A DNA stretch of 64,000 bases from Paraphysomonas bandaiensis (GCA_965644295.1 CBFFRP010000297.1:186001-250000), one strand, 5' to 3'; shown: positions 1-13,789, counted from the stretch's first letter. A program made the numbers and translations. The notes: a model not told the origin generated them from the letters alone.

Positions 1-645
1 ACACTTGTGTTCTCTCGTTGTGCTAATGAATGCTAGGCTCATGTTGTATCGAGAGATAGCAGTGTATGACTTGTGTAGGCGTTGTGTGATGGCTATATGT
101 TATACAGTTATACAGCTGCTATGTGTGTTCTCTCGTGTACAGTAGCTGAGTGAATATACGTGTAGCAGTACATTGTTATGCTACACTTGTGTTCTCTCGC
201 TGTGCTAATGAATGCTAGGCTCATGTTGTATCGAGAGATAGCAGTGTATGACGTGTGTAGGCGTTGTGTGATGGCTATATGTTATACAGTTATACAGCTG
301 CTATGTGTGTTCTCTCGTGTACAGTAGCTGAGTGAATATGCGTGTAGCAGTACATTGTTATGCTACACTTGTGTTCTCTCGTTGTGCTAATGTATGCTAG
401 GCTCATGTTGTATCGAGAGATAGCAGTGTATGACTTGTGTAGGCGTTGTGTGATGGCTATATGTTATACAGTTATACAGCTGCTATGTGTGTTCTCTCGT
501 GTACAGTAGCTGAGTGAATATACGTGTAGCAGTACATTGTTATGCTACACTTGTGTTCTCTCGTTGTGCTAATGAATGCTAGGCTCATGTTGTATCGAGA
601 GATAGCAGTGTATGACGTGTGTAGGCGTTGTGTGATGGCTATTTG
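1..645. repeat. Tandem repeat, 182-bp unit, about 3.5 copies (may extend beyond the window start); degenerate subunits continue to about 1045
   Basis: Unit start ACACTTGTGTTCTCTCG recurs at 1, 183, 365 and 547 with near-identical intervening sequence. Confidence 0.95.
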
Positions 646-1323
646 TTGAACGGAGTAGATACTCTAGTATAAGATAGGTGTAACGTGACGTGTATTGGTT
701 GTGTGATGGATATAATATGTTGCACTGAGTGAGTACTCGAGTATAAGATATGTGTGACGTGTATTGGTTGAGTGGTGGACATGTTGAACTGAGCGAATAC
801 TCGAATATAAGATATGTGTGACGTTACGTGTATTGGTTATATGTGATGCCTATATGTTGTACAGTTATTCTGCTATGTATGTTCTCTCGTTGAGCTGAGT
901 GAATACTCTAGTATGCTCAGGTTTTACCGCCGAGCGATAGTAGTGTATGGCTTATATTGGTTGAGTGATGGAAATATTGAACGTAGTGAATACTCTAGCA
1001 TAGGATTTGTGTGACGCGACGTGTATTGGTGTTTTATGATGGCTATTAGTAGTAGTATTAGGGCATTCAACGTAGTTACTGGTTAAAGGAAACGTGCTGT
1101 TGGTGTGTCCTATAGGACCTAAATATTAATAAAAATAATTATTAACACTATACTATTGCATTCAAGCACTTTTAGAACCATTCTACAACAATTCTTAAAA
1201 GTCTAGTAAAATCTACTAGAATTTCCCAAATTTCTGAAAATTTCCCACGTTTGCATATTGTTTACTTAGTATCTTATCGGAAAGCACCATGAGGATGGTG
1301 GTCTGCTATACAAGACTAACAGA

Positions 1324-3357
1324 GTGGTGATAAGGAAGGGACTTATTGTGGGATACCGGTCGTTGGTTACTGGTAACCAGGTTCAAGTGGAGGATAAAAC
1401 TCCTATTCATATTGCTGACATCAAGAAGATGACAGAGGATCTTGCGCAGAGGGTGGTTAGGGCCAGAGTTACTGACAACCGTGACGGCGGTATCAGCGGA
1501 GTGGTGCCACAGCAGTCGGAAAGTGGGCAGGTGCAGCCCCAGGCTGACTCAGCATTACCTTCGGGGGAAGGGACCCCTGCCGAGAATCATCCGCACGGCA
1601 AACGCGCAAGAACTCCAAGGACGGTAACGAATGTGTCGGTGTTAGGACAAATCCATCATTTGAGTGATGAGAGTGATGTGAGTGACCTTTTACAGGAGGC
1701 AGACTCAGTGTGGATGTCAGCGGAAGAGTCGACAGTGCCTCAGACACATCGTGAGTCCTTGGAGAGTGCCGAGCACAGGGAGTGGAGACGAGCTCGCCGT
1801 GTAGAGCGAGAGGGTTTGGCGAAGCGAGATACCATGGAGGTGACTCGTATACCGGACGGAGTCGTCCCACTGCACTCCAAGTACGTCTATGGAAAGAAGT
1901 ACGATAAGGAGGGAGAGGTCCGCCGATATAAGGCTCGTCTTGTAGCAATCGGTTGTGGACAGCAGTCGAGTGGTTGGGCGAACCATTTCGCACCTGTTGT
2001 TAAGGGGGTAACAGTGCGACTGTTAATCGCCATAGCTTTCGTGATGAACATGGTAATTCATCAACTGGATGTGTCTAACGCATTTCTATATGCAGATATA
2101 GAGGGGGATGTATATATGAAGGCAACTCCGGACTTTCAGCTGCCTGAGGGGTACTGCTTTAAGTTGAAGAAGTCGTTATACGGGCTTCGGAGTTCCCCGC
2201 GGTCGTGGTGGAAAACATTGGATAAATTCATACGATCTATGCATTTTAAACCATGTGTATTAGACCCGTGTTTTTATCAGTATAAGGGCGATGAATTGAT
2301 ATTATTAACGATATATGTGGATGATATCCTAGTGTTAGGTCGTGATGTCAACATAGTGAAGGATATTAAAGCTCAACTGTGTGCCCGGTTTGATATGAAG
2401 GATATGGGCGAGATGGAACATTTTCTGAATGTTCGAGTCACAAGAACGCCAGTGTATATTCGTCTTGACCAATCAGTATATGCGGCTAAGATCTTAGAAA
2501 AGTTTGAAAAGTATCTTGGGCCACCGCGAAAGGTACGGAAGAGTCCTCTACCGGCGGAAGCAATGGATTTAGTGGCAAAAGGGGCGCGGCATGAGCATAC
2601 CGAGGAGGAACAGCTTATAGTAGATAACTTCCCATATCGGCCGCTGATAGGTGCATTACTATATCTATCGATGAACACGAGGCCGGATATTGCCTATGCA
2701 GTGGGAGTACTGTCTCGGTTCAGTAATAAGGTGAATATTGAAGTATGCAAGCTATTAACACATGTATGGCAATATATTCGTGGTTCTATTGACAAAGGGA
2801 TTCAATATGGGAGTAGACGGTTCGACTTCCATATGTTTACTGACGCGGATTGGGCGGGAGATCAGCTCTCCAGGAAGTCCACGTCGGGGTACGTTGGGTT
2901 TGCAGCGGGAGGGCCTATAGTCTGGCAGTCCAAACTGCAGACGACAGTGGCAACGTCAAGCATGCAGTCTGAGTATCAGTGTATTTACTCGGGTCTCCAA
3001 GAAGTGCTATGGGTTCGGGGGGTGACGGGTGAGATTAAGTTGAGGCTCATCAAACCCACACCATTCTTCATCGACAGTCAGAGTGCCCAGGATTTGGCCG
3101 AAAACCCAGTGTTTCACAAGAAGTCGAAGCACATTGAGATTAAGTATCACATGGTGAGAGAGCACGTGGATCCCAATCAGTTCAATACGATTAAGTTAGT
3201 GCATGTGCATACATCGCAACAAGCAGCAGATATTTATACAAAGTCATTGGTTGGTTTATCATATATGGAGCAGAGAAAGAGAAATCTTGGAGAGAAAGTT
3301 AAGAGTTCCACTGAAGTGATTAATGAGGGACCAAGGGATAAAAGAAGGCGCAAGTAG
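1324..3357 (+). mobile_element. Ty1/Copia pol 3' part (reverse transcriptase + RNase H), 5'-truncated element
   Basis: Motifs RYKARLVA, HQLDVSNAFL, LKKSLYGLR, IYVDDIL, FTDADWAGD, KHIEIKYH, QAADIYTK; no gag, protease, integrase core or 5' LTR seen upstream. Confidence 0.95.
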
Positions 3358-3475
3358 GTACTGAGTTTTTTTAGACAGAGGTTTAGACTTAGAGATGAGT
3401 CTATTTTACTGTCAAGAATTTTTTTTTATCTCAGGCATTCAATAGCTGGGAGGCGTCATAGTACAACACTCAATT

Positions 3476-3690
3476 GAGGGGGAGTGTTGAGATCTGAAGA
3501 TTCTATATACTTGCAATTGAGTGCAGTATTATGTGAGATGCAAGGATCGAAAGATATATATGTAATTAGTACATTATATTATGTAGTATGAAACTGAAGT
3601 AGAAGTGGATGACTATACAGGATACGATCACTGAGTGTGTGGTTTGTACACTATAGTAGTAAATGAATGGTGTTGAACACATCGAACACA
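3476..3690 (+). mobile_element. Polypurine tract and probable 3' LTR of the Copia element
   Basis: GAGGGGGAG (3476-3484) directly followed by TGTTGA at 3485; the LTR end near ...CGAACACA (about 3690) is a guess. Confidence 0.6.
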
Positions 3691-4309
3691 ACTTAGGTTC
3701 TTTATCATGTAATGTTTATAATTTCATCTTATCAGTTGAGAATAGTAAACCTTAGCAAATAATGTCAACTTCTGTTAGATTGCAATATATTGTGAGCTAA
3801 AGGAAACAATATTGTTGATGGAATATTTGACCAGTCCACCAATCAATATATTTATATATTTTACAATATATTGTACAACGTATTGCAATACATTATATTG
3901 TTCCCTATCCCAGCTTTAGAGACACCTCAGTCGCTGGGGTGAATATATCGTTATTGTAAATGAAATATCATACTATTTCTAAGAAAAAATGCATTTCTTC
4001 ATTAAAAACGTACATAGTTGCTAGTACTTTGTCAGAGTCTTAAATTTAGGAGCGAATTTGTGTCACAACTCTCCTACTTTCTACATTATATATTTTCTAT
4101 AAATTTATGATTAGTCAAATGAATACGTGCCGCTTCAGCCAGCCGCAATGAGCTTAGCTTGATTAATGACTCGCAAAATTAACCCTGTTCGAATTTGCAC
4201 AAAGCTATTCCCAACAAGGCAACAATACTAAAATAACAAAGACACAAAATATATGGCATATATTTGTATATATGAATCCTTTAACATTGATACGTCACTC
4301 TGTCAGGGT

Positions 4310-5494
4310 TCAGTAATCACATTGTGTACTTAACTTACTAAGAGTTGGCTGAATTAATACAGGAGCATCGTTTCCATTTTCAGTTGCAAGGCTAGCGGGT
4401 GGGTCAAGTTCAGAGCACTCGGGGAGTATCTCGTCCGCCTTGTTGCCCTGGAGAGTATCCGTCTCACCGCTAGTCTCGCCCACATCATTTCCCTTCTCAC
4501 TGATATTGAGGGACAGTAAACCACTGAGGCATTGAGCTTGTGTGTTTTCTGTAGATGGTTGTGATGACTTGTTGTGAGTGTTGGTGGACCTTGACCGCTC
4601 TGAGCTGGCTAGGGGGTTGCGTCGTATGCTAAAAAATTCATTGGCCGTGGGCCCCGGAGATCGGTTGCCGTTATGCGGAGACTCAGGCGACAGGCGTGGA
4701 GGGGACGATGACGCGGGGCCATAGGGTGATCCATTCGTATACGCACTGTTGCCACTGTAGTCGATCTGTATGGTAGGATTAAAAGAAAAAGGGAGGGCGT
4801 GGGGATGCCTTGGATGCGGCTGATAATATGGTTGGTGTTGATACGGTTGATGTTGATACGGATATCCTTGGGGATGGGCAAACTGCATAGGTTGATGGTG
4901 GTGAAAGGCCGGGTGCTCTTCATACGATAGCAGAGAACTCGCCATTGGGCCAATACCACCGTTAGGGTCCTCCCGGATTCCATAGCGCCTGGGATATTGC
5001 TCCCTGAACCACATTCCTTGCATTACAGCAGGAGGTGGTGATGAAGAGGGTGCGCGTGGGATCGGTGGAGAGCGGGAGGGAGACCTACTTGGCGGACTTG
5101 GTATGTATTCTTCTTCAGACCATTGTGATGTGTCATCCGTATAACCAGCCATCATATCGCACACAGTTCCATAAGGGGGAAGATTTTGTTGCGCATAAAA
5201 TATAGTGTCGTATTCAAATCCTGCAGAATTTCTTCTCGTTTTCTCACTTTTTACTTCATCATTAACACAATTTTTTTCCGTACGAAGTTGCTGTTTTTGT
5301 TTCTTCGTACGCTGTGTTCTAATTCTTCCTCGTTTGGGATTACTAGTAGTGGTTCCTACTTCTGCAGAAAGAGCTTTACTAACCAGTCGTCTACTTCGAG
5401 CACTCTTCAAATTAACGTCATGCATCTTTGAAGACTTGGCAGTCCTGGTTGTTGCAGCGGATAATTGGCTCTGTGATGCTTCAGATAATGACAT
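4310..5494 (-). CDS. Hypothetical protein, basic N-terminus, Pro/Ser/Gln/His-rich and likely disordered
   Basis: 394-aa open frame, GC higher than flanks; no recognisable domain. Confidence 0.6.
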   Translation of the reverse strand: MSLSEASQSQLSAATTRTAKSSKMHDVNLKSARSRRLVSKALSAEVGTTTSNPKRGRIRTQRTKKQKQQLRTEKNCVNDEVKSEKTRRNSAGFEYDTIFYAQQNLPPYGTVCDMMAGYTDDTSQWSEEEYIPSPPSRSPSRSPPIPRAPSSSPPPAVMQGMWFREQYPRRYGIREDPNGGIGPMASSLLSYEEHPAFHHHQPMQFAHPQGYPYQHQPYQHQPYYQPHPRHPHALPFSFNPTIQIDYSGNSAYTNGSPYGPASSSPPRLSPESPHNGNRSPGPTANEFFSIRRNPLASSERSRSTNTHNKSSQPSTENTQAQCLSGLLSLNISEKGNDVGETSGETDTLQGNKADEILPECSELDPPASLATENGNDAPVLIQPTLSKLSTQCDY

Positions 5495-6002
5495 GTTTCA
5501 GGACTCCAATTGTACGTGAATATCTGAATTACTGACTCATACTACACTACATATAACCTGCTCTGGATCACTATTATCATTATGGTCTCATACACTGGCC
5601 TGTTCTCCAATGCAACTACGACACTCCAAGTCTACTATACACATACAGGAGTGTATAGCATACAGTACATGTACGTAAAATTTTATGTATATATATATAT
5701 GTATAAAACCGATATGAAAGATTTCCTACAGTGTATTCTCGGGTATAGAGTACAGAGTACTGCAGGGATTGATGTATAGTCGTACCTCTGTACGATAGAT
5801 TGTACTGCTGTAAGAGTACATATATACAGCAGTACTTCTATACCTATATTGGTGCTATAGTATGGTATAGCAGTACAGTCGTACAGTACTGTACATATAT
5901 AATCACCATATGGAATAAACGAACATTAAAAGATTAAATGCACAATAATTTATATAACTTCTACTAGTTATAGGCTCAGAGATTGGTGCTTCATTTAGCA
6001 CA

Positions 6003-7532
6003 ATGTTGCCATGGTGTCTACGTAACAAGCGGCTGATGTCAACAGCTGCTCATGTCAACTGCAGTGTATGGGAGGTATGCAGTCACTATACTCTTATCAT
6101 GCACACTGTTATATATATATATATATTATTACAGGCTGTGGCTCGAAACAGATCCATGCTTGGACAAAGAACTCTCTTAGTAGTTTCTGGTACTGGGAAT
6201 GATGAAGAGAATGAAACTAATTTACGGATGCAGTATGAACTGTCGAAGGTTGCATATACTGCATGTATACATAGTGGACTAACCATATGGTGATTATATA
6301 TATATGTATGCTTGTGCAGATTGGTATTCAAGTGGCTCTTTTTCATTGTGAGGATGACGTTCCTCGTATGGATACTATACAACATGCATACCACCTCGGT
6401 TCACGTGTTGGGGTGACAAGTATAGTCGCCCTTGGCTATGCCGGTGTGATAGATACAGCTAAATGCACCAAATATTTCCTAGAAACTAACGTATTGAAAC
6501 TGGGTGCACAATACCGCAATAAAGGTTATAAAGTACCACTTTTGGCCCTACCTACAACGTTGAGCTACACTCCTTTTCAGCCATCGGTGGGATTGCTAAA
6601 TAATGAGGCTACTCTGCTGCGACGGATGCCATCACCAACACCCGATGTAAGAGAGAAATATATTCTTGCTTAATGGTCTCACGGTGTGCAATTTTCAGCA
6701 CACACATCTGGATTACTCAATCATATCTGAATACATTGCTGCACACCCTACACTGTTGTCACTCTCAAGTGAGGAGACCTTTATGTGCTACCAGTGTGCT
6801 GCATTGGCGAAATCATTTGATCTCTTATTTGCTGCCGTATACGGAGGTATGCTCAATGGCAGCTATGACGGACGTACTACCCGGCAACTTGCTCGAAATG
6901 GCAGCTTCCCTCCCTTTGAACCCGTGTTGAACATGAGGAGAGAAGACACCAGTAATAGCAGGTGTACCAGTACTCATCAATCTATTCCCTACTAATCCCT
7001 GTACAGTGCCCTGGAGAACTTATATGCCCTCTCCAGTGCGGCCGGATCCCTGGCGACAGGTCTACAGGATGGGTGTGGTACCGATGGGAGGGCGTCATTA
7101 GTGGAAATGGTTGCCGCGCTGCACTTGTCGCCTGAGACTAGCGAACCTCTCCCTCTGAGCTGCATTCGTGTTTTTGGGAGGGTTTTAGAGCTCATTGAAG
7201 AGTACAAAACAGACATCAATATTGATCAAGTGGATGGAAATGACGATGAATGCGTTCCTCTTGCAGCCAGGGAAGCCCTAGATATTGTCTGTGCAGACCT
7301 AGCAGGTGTTTCTCGGGACGAAATTAGGGCGTACGTGGAACATGTGGTTGCGTGTCTACCAAAGAGATCTTTCCGATTAGATAAAAGCTCAGTGGCAAGG
7401 CGAATAGAAGAACTTCTTTCTGAGGAGGAAGAGGATATGAGGACAAGTGACGAAATATCATTGAAAAATATAAATGCCTTGATTGATGTTGCCCGCAGTG
7501 ATTTTTTCTCTGACTTATCGGAATCCGTTTAG
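6003..7532 (+). CDS. Spliced gene (about 5 exons): degenerate iron-containing alcohol dehydrogenase-like fold, possible mitochondrial presequence
   Basis: GT-AG joins give SIVALGYAGVIDTAK, VPLLALPTT, PDHTHLD and ALSSAAGSL in the order of Fe-ADH motifs (IIALGGGSxIDxAK, PxIAIPTT, PDxAIxD, ASxxAGMA). Confidence 0.6.
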
Positions 7533-8339
7533 TAATAATCTTTTGTAGTCTCTAAATTAAATTGAATAAATATGACGTAAGTTGTGTACAATACAAGTAT
7601 AGCATCTTCTTCGCCTTATGAGTTCCTGATACGTCATCTGGTGGAGTAAGTTGCGGAGCAAAGTATAAATAAAAAATAAGTATATTTAAGCATAAGTATT
7701 TGTGGGAATAAATTATGGAGTTGTATTGAGTATGTTATAGAAATTAAAGGAAATGAAAAGAAAATTAAAACGAAATATTCTTAACGGAATAGTTAGAAGT
7801 ATAACTGATAATGACGATCACGTATCTTCAACAGATACTCTCTCTAATTCAGTTCATGATATATTTCATTGAACATCATAACTCACATATACTATCTTAG
7901 CCTTATATAAAGATGAATCCTAATATTCTACTATTAGTTTCCTTTCATCATTTTTTCATTATTCTTTTTTAATTTTTCTATTTGTCTACTGTCTCCTGTG
8001 GTTGTTGCATTTTTCTTTCTTGCATATATGTTGAAGTATTAACTTTAAGCGTTTAAGAGTGCAATATTGACTGATTGATATTAAGGGAGATACAGTGAAA
8101 TTATAATGTTGTAGCACTGTGAGTTAAGAACCACGTCATTCACCAACATCAACATTCTGTTCTACAAATCGTATCTTTAACAGCTACTATATTTTCAGTT
8201 TCTTTGTATACTTGTAATAGCTACTCCTATAGTGTAGGCGTGTATATTCTGTATTTCATTGCTACATAGAATACAGGATAACTACTAGCGATAGGCTGTA
8301 CCAAACTTCAAGTACGGACGTAGGAGTTGGTTGTAGTTC

Positions 8340-8830
8340 AATAATCCCACTCAATGAACATATCAGAATATACTATAATGAGCAAGTCTACTTAGTGCGA
8401 TACCATAGTGTGCACATGCTGATAGTGCAGCTTCTCGGACAAGGCTTTAGTCACCACGCCTGCTGTCATCTCTGCCGTTGGCACATGATTCAGCCTGACG
8501 ATACAGTCTCCCACTTGCTCTCGAATTCAATGATACTTGATCCGAATATGCTTGGAACGCTTATGTTTTACCGGGTTCTGAGCTAGATCAATAGCACTCT
8601 TGCTATCCATATTCAAGATTGTTGGAGACGTATCTTTACTGAGTTCAAATCCACGAATTCCGAGCTCTGTCATCACCCCTCGTATCTATACAATCGGCAT
8701 TATATTTCCTAATTCCACAGATAAAGACCCTCTACGTGTGTATTCCGATGCTGATTGGGCAGGGGATCTTGGTACCTGCAGATCTACTACAGGGTATGTC
8801 GCCTATCTGTGGGGTGCTCCTTTGATTTAA
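8340..8830. mobile_element. Decayed Copia RNase H remnant with halves on opposite strands
   Basis: Minus strand about 8400-8686: IRGVMTELG...MDSKSAIDLAQNPVKHKRSKHIRIKYH*; plus strand 8687-8830: YSDADWAGD...RSTTGYV; PPT-like remnant near 8345-8355 on minus. Confidence 0.85.
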
Positions 8831-10021
8831 ATCAAAGACCCTTCGTCTAATTTACCAACATCATGAAGGCATAATGCAACATGTAGAACAAATATAATTG
8901 ATTTCGTAAATGTGTTCCACTGCACGAGTACATCAACCCCTAGTGATTCATTGCAATTTTCCCTTACAAGAAAATACATGTAACCTCATTGTAATACACG
9001 TAGCCGACACAGGTCAACATATCCCGTAGATCACTCGGTAGGTAATGTTGGGTAATTAAGTAGGCTATAAGTAGGCTACTTGATAAACTGCAGGCAACAC
9101 GACAGTCTGAATGGAGTCCAAAGTCCGTCCTACTCGAGTAACAATCCAGTGAGGCTACGATACACAATATAATGGCAATCAATCTGTGAATACATAGCTA
9201 TATACCTACATTTATGGGTGCTCAGATGCAACTGTAGTGCTTCCCGATCGTTCATGTTGAGTGTGATATGTAAAGGAGTCGTGAATAGTAAGTAGGAGGA
9301 TGAATTTTAATATGGTGAGTGATATGGTACTCCTTATACGTATATTTGATTGTATGACTCACTGTTACTGTTAGTGCTACTGTTACTCATTAATCTTCAT
9401 ATATAAGAACAGTTTGCTGTGATCTTATGGGTTCATTCATATCGTTCATGATAGATCCATTATCACTATTATTAATTGTAAGCTTTAGTTTATGCAATAC
9501 AACACTTTATATTATGCTGTTATGTGCAGTGAGATTACACTGATATCACACACCAGACCCATACTGTATGATCTTAAAGATGTGTACACTATACTCTGTA
9601 TATCTTTCCTAAAAATCATGAGTTTCCTTAGAAAAATGGTGTTTTACGTACTTTATGATACTATCCATGGCTACCATATGGAAAAACCTGTTTACAAAAC
9701 ATCCCAAAAATACAGTATCAAGTCAATAGGTACAGTGGATATAGAGCGGTACCTCAAGGGGAATACAGTGTATACAATCAACGTATTCCCTTTGACCTCA
9801 CCTCCACATCTTCTCTATATAGTCGCCAGTTTTCATTTTTGGGTATATAAGATTCTCATTCTATGAGAATATAAGCACCATATATGCATGCCGTATATGA
9901 ATGTATGTCTGTATGATATCACCGAGATGCACATAGAAGTGTATAATAACATCACTCATATATCATCTCGTGCAATTCCACATTGTCATTGTGTTTAAAA
10001 CGTGTATTGTAATTAATTCAT

Positions 10022-12414
10022 ATGTCTTCTAGTGAAGAACGTGATATGAGTGACAAGGACTCGAGATCATCCATTGATTGCAAAGTAAATGGGGAAGACT
10101 TGTCGTCCTCCAAACACATCGAGTGTCCCTATACTCCTGATCGTGCAGTTACACATATAGCAAGTACTCCAATGTCAGAGTTTCGGACATCTGCTGCTAG
10201 TATTCAAACCCCATCTGTGTTGTTTACTCCTAATAATTTGATGTGTGTATCCCCTTCCAGGTATGTCTGCAGGTGTATAGATACATTATGATATATATAT
10301 ATTTATTTATAATTATTACTATTTCAGCGAATGGCTTTCGTTTCAAAATTCGGATTCATATTTTGATATGTCTCCTTTAACGGGTGTCTCACCACGACCC
10401 TTTCCGATGACGGCGAAGCACGGAAATGTTACTGGAGAAGATGATGGCATCTTCAAACCTACACACACCAGTCAATCCGAAGAATATAGGGGGAAAGATT
10501 CGTTTTCATCTAGAGGGAGTCTGTCTCTGGAGGGTTTGCGTGGAGGTGGACTCCCACCTGCTGTTAGTCGACCTGATAGCCAGGAAAAGCAATCATCACC
10601 GAGAATCAAGAACCTCTTCAAGAATACATCGGACGGAAATAAAAGCACAATCGACAAGAAGCGTCGTAGAGCACGAGATTATTGTAGTCCAGGTGGACAG
10701 CAATCTCCAGGTGGGCGCTTTCTATGTATTATAACTGGCCTCATTGTTCGCGTTCGTATGTGATATAGGTGGTATAGAAGCCTTAACTGCAGCTGCGCGT
10801 GATTTAAGTGATGATGAATTGTTTAAACCCACTAAGGCAGCTAAGAAAAGTTCCAAGGGAGGTAAAAAAGCGGGGAGCAATCTTACCGTGCAACAGGAGC
10901 CATCCTCTCCAGTAAATAGAAATAACACAGACGTGAATGTAAAGGCGATGGAAGGCCTCTCTATACCACTTGTTGTGAAACAAATTGATCAGAACAATAG
11001 TGGCGATTCTGCAAACGCTTCGAAATCCCGTTCTATTGTTTCCGTGCATTCGAAATCTATTCCTGCTGTCGACCAAGTTATAGGCAGCCCGCAGATGCAG
11101 ACCGGTGGAGACCACCCTTCTATATCTCCAGATGTAAAGATCACCACCTGCAATTGCAAGAAGAGTCGCTGTTTGAAACTGTGCGTCCTTCAAATAAATA
11201 ACTAATTGTATGCTAATTTGAATATGCAGTTATTGCGACTGTTTCAGAGCACAACAATACTGTCAGGGTTGTCACTGCAAGAACTGTGCTAATCTGGTAT
11301 GTGCTTTTCTTTTAACCATCCTTTTCGTTAAGTATTTCACTTTGGACTTAGGAGTCCTGTGAGTCAGAGAGAATTGCTGCCAGGAATTCAATCATTGATA
11401 GAAACCCAGACGCTTTTAAGTAGGCGTCTTTGTACTCACTATGGTATTAGTTTAACGCTGTATGTAGACCGCGTATTTCACGGTATGTTGAAAATGCTAT
11501 CCTCAAGGTTGACAACCAAACTGCGGTCGGTCCGCGTGTACTGGGACAGCATCAGTCAGGCTGTCACTGCAAGAAGTCTGCGTGTTTGAAAAAGTACTGC
11601 GAATGCTTCCAGGTATGATGACTGGGAGTACTGCATGCCTAGTTAAGTAATCCACATACAGGCTGGTGTTCCATGCCTAGAAAGATGCCGTTGTGTAGAT
11701 TGTAAGAATACGGCCGATAATAACTCCCTAGGATATCAACATCCAGTGGGTACCGGAAAAGGATCTCAATTCAAAGTGCCTCCTCATTCAAGTGGGATAC
11801 AAACTGTGGTTGATCAGAGATCGGAAAAAGCATTAGACATTGTTGACAAGAACTCTGGTCCGCAGCATTCGCGGTCCTTATCTGCTGCATCCCCGACATC
11901 AACCGCAGATGATGGGGATGACAGGTTATACCTCGCCACGTTGTAATGATTGTGTTGATTATGTATTCGCAGCAAACCTATATATAATAAGTTAGAAACA
12001 CAGGCTGCCGCATATGAAATTGTCAACGCATTCTTGCGTGGACAATTTACAGTTCCAGGCTTAGAGCCAATCAAGACCCAAGTTCCTGGGGCATCTGTAC
12101 CCCAAATCATCCTTCCTAAATCAGGTTTGCGGCAATATTATCCGAATTAAGTTATAACTTGTTAACATTTGATGTAGAATCCAAATCATCTGATCATGTT
12201 CAGCAATTGATTCCTGGTAAATCAATTTTTTCATTGTCTGATTTTTTATCTAACTATTCTGACAGGAATTAAATCTTCTCTGCAAGCGTGTTTTAAAAAG
12301 AGTGACGGCGAACTATTATCAGAGAGTAAGAGTCTTTCAAGTGTACCACAGGTGCATTTTACGGGAGTGACTACAGATAGTCATAGGTCAGATATCCTTC
12401 TGAAGCCAAAGTGA
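10022..12414 (+). CDS. Tesmin/TSO1-like CRC (CXC)-domain transcription factor (LIN54/TCX family), multi-exon
   Basis: Spliced [16 protein letters not shown]...CHCKNCAN, linker RNPDAFK, second [37 protein letters not shown]; last exon ends LLKPK* at 12414. Confidence 0.9.
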
Positions 12415-13789
12415 TCAGAACATGAGGATGCAGTTGTAGTTATTGATTCCTTTTGTAATAAATGTAGCTTTGCGTAGAATTTAGTAAGTTATGTTGTCTT
12501 CATCGTTCGTGTTTGTGTATTAACTTGTAATATTATTATACGCGTTCATGAATTCCGTCTTCATTCAACCTATTGTGTATGAAGTAGGAAACTCATACAT
12601 ACAGGAAGAGATGTCACTGAAGACATCGTTTTGCCATCAAAGACCACCTAACAGACATTTGGCATGCTTTGTGATGTACTACTAATGATGAATATCATAG
12701 TGTGTAGTTTGTTATATGTAGTCTCTATCAGTGTTGAGTTTTGATGTTTGTGAGCAATTGAAACTTGCATGATAAGATATGTTGATTATAGTTTTACTCA
12801 TTGATTACTGTGAGAGTTCAAGTTCAGTTACATAAGTTATTTATTTCACCATCTAAATAATATATATAAAGTCATAGCCACCTTACCTAAATCTTGTGCT
12901 ATGTATCTATATGATGTATATATAGAGAGAAGTAGTTGCACCTTCTTTGTGCTTGTGGTGATGCACACTTAATAGGATATCAGAGTTAAGTACACTTATT
13001 CTGTTACCATATCCCATACCTGCTCCATTCTGAGCGCGTACGCGCGTACTTAGGTAGAGCCGGGTGGGTACCTAACTAATACTTGATTATAAGTCCCATA
13101 CGTTATTTGCTAGCTACCTACTGATCTTAACTATAGCTACACCATTATCACACGGTATTCAGCGCTAAATATGCAGTGAGAACCCGAGTGGGAAACCGCT
13201 GAACTAAGCAATGTGTACATAGGTAGAAGTGCGCGGTCGCAACACGCAGCAGCACCCACTAGAGGGCCGCACGTAGTGATTAGTTACGCTGTCAGTATGG
13301 GGCACCCCCCAGTCACCCATATGTACGCATACCAAACACACAAAAACAAGCAACGCATTAGTTTTTTATAGTTATGCTGGATGAGTTATAGTGGGGAGAA
13401 AACACAATTCACGTATGATTTCCACCTTTATGGACACGAAGTCCATTCAAACTCTTTGCAAGAAATCCCCAGGTTGGACAGATGAACTTACCCGCACATA
13501 TATTAAGCTTAGCCTATTCTCTCTTCTTCATTTTATTCCGTTGTATTGCCTCAAAGTCGAGGTAATACCAAAACCTGGCTTTTGATGTAAAACCTGGTGA
13601 AATTTTTGATGATGGTTGGAAAAGGGTATAACTATGCACAATAAGTAACTATGAAGATAATAACAGTATGAAAAGTATTATTCATAATATTTTTTACTAA
13701 TTTCTTCCATATTACTTCAGTTTTATAGCAATAAAAGTCACCGACTACACATATATATTACATACAGTTCACAAGTATGAACTATAACC

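Noticed and set aside
1-1045. Regularly spaced repeats as a CRISPR array
   Set aside because: Whole units repeat with no unique spacers, no cas genes are present, and the context is eukaryotic
12960-13340. GC-richer non-coding stretch as a structured ncRNA or tRNA
   Set aside because: No cloverleaf or recognisable RNA motif; more likely a transposon UTR fragment
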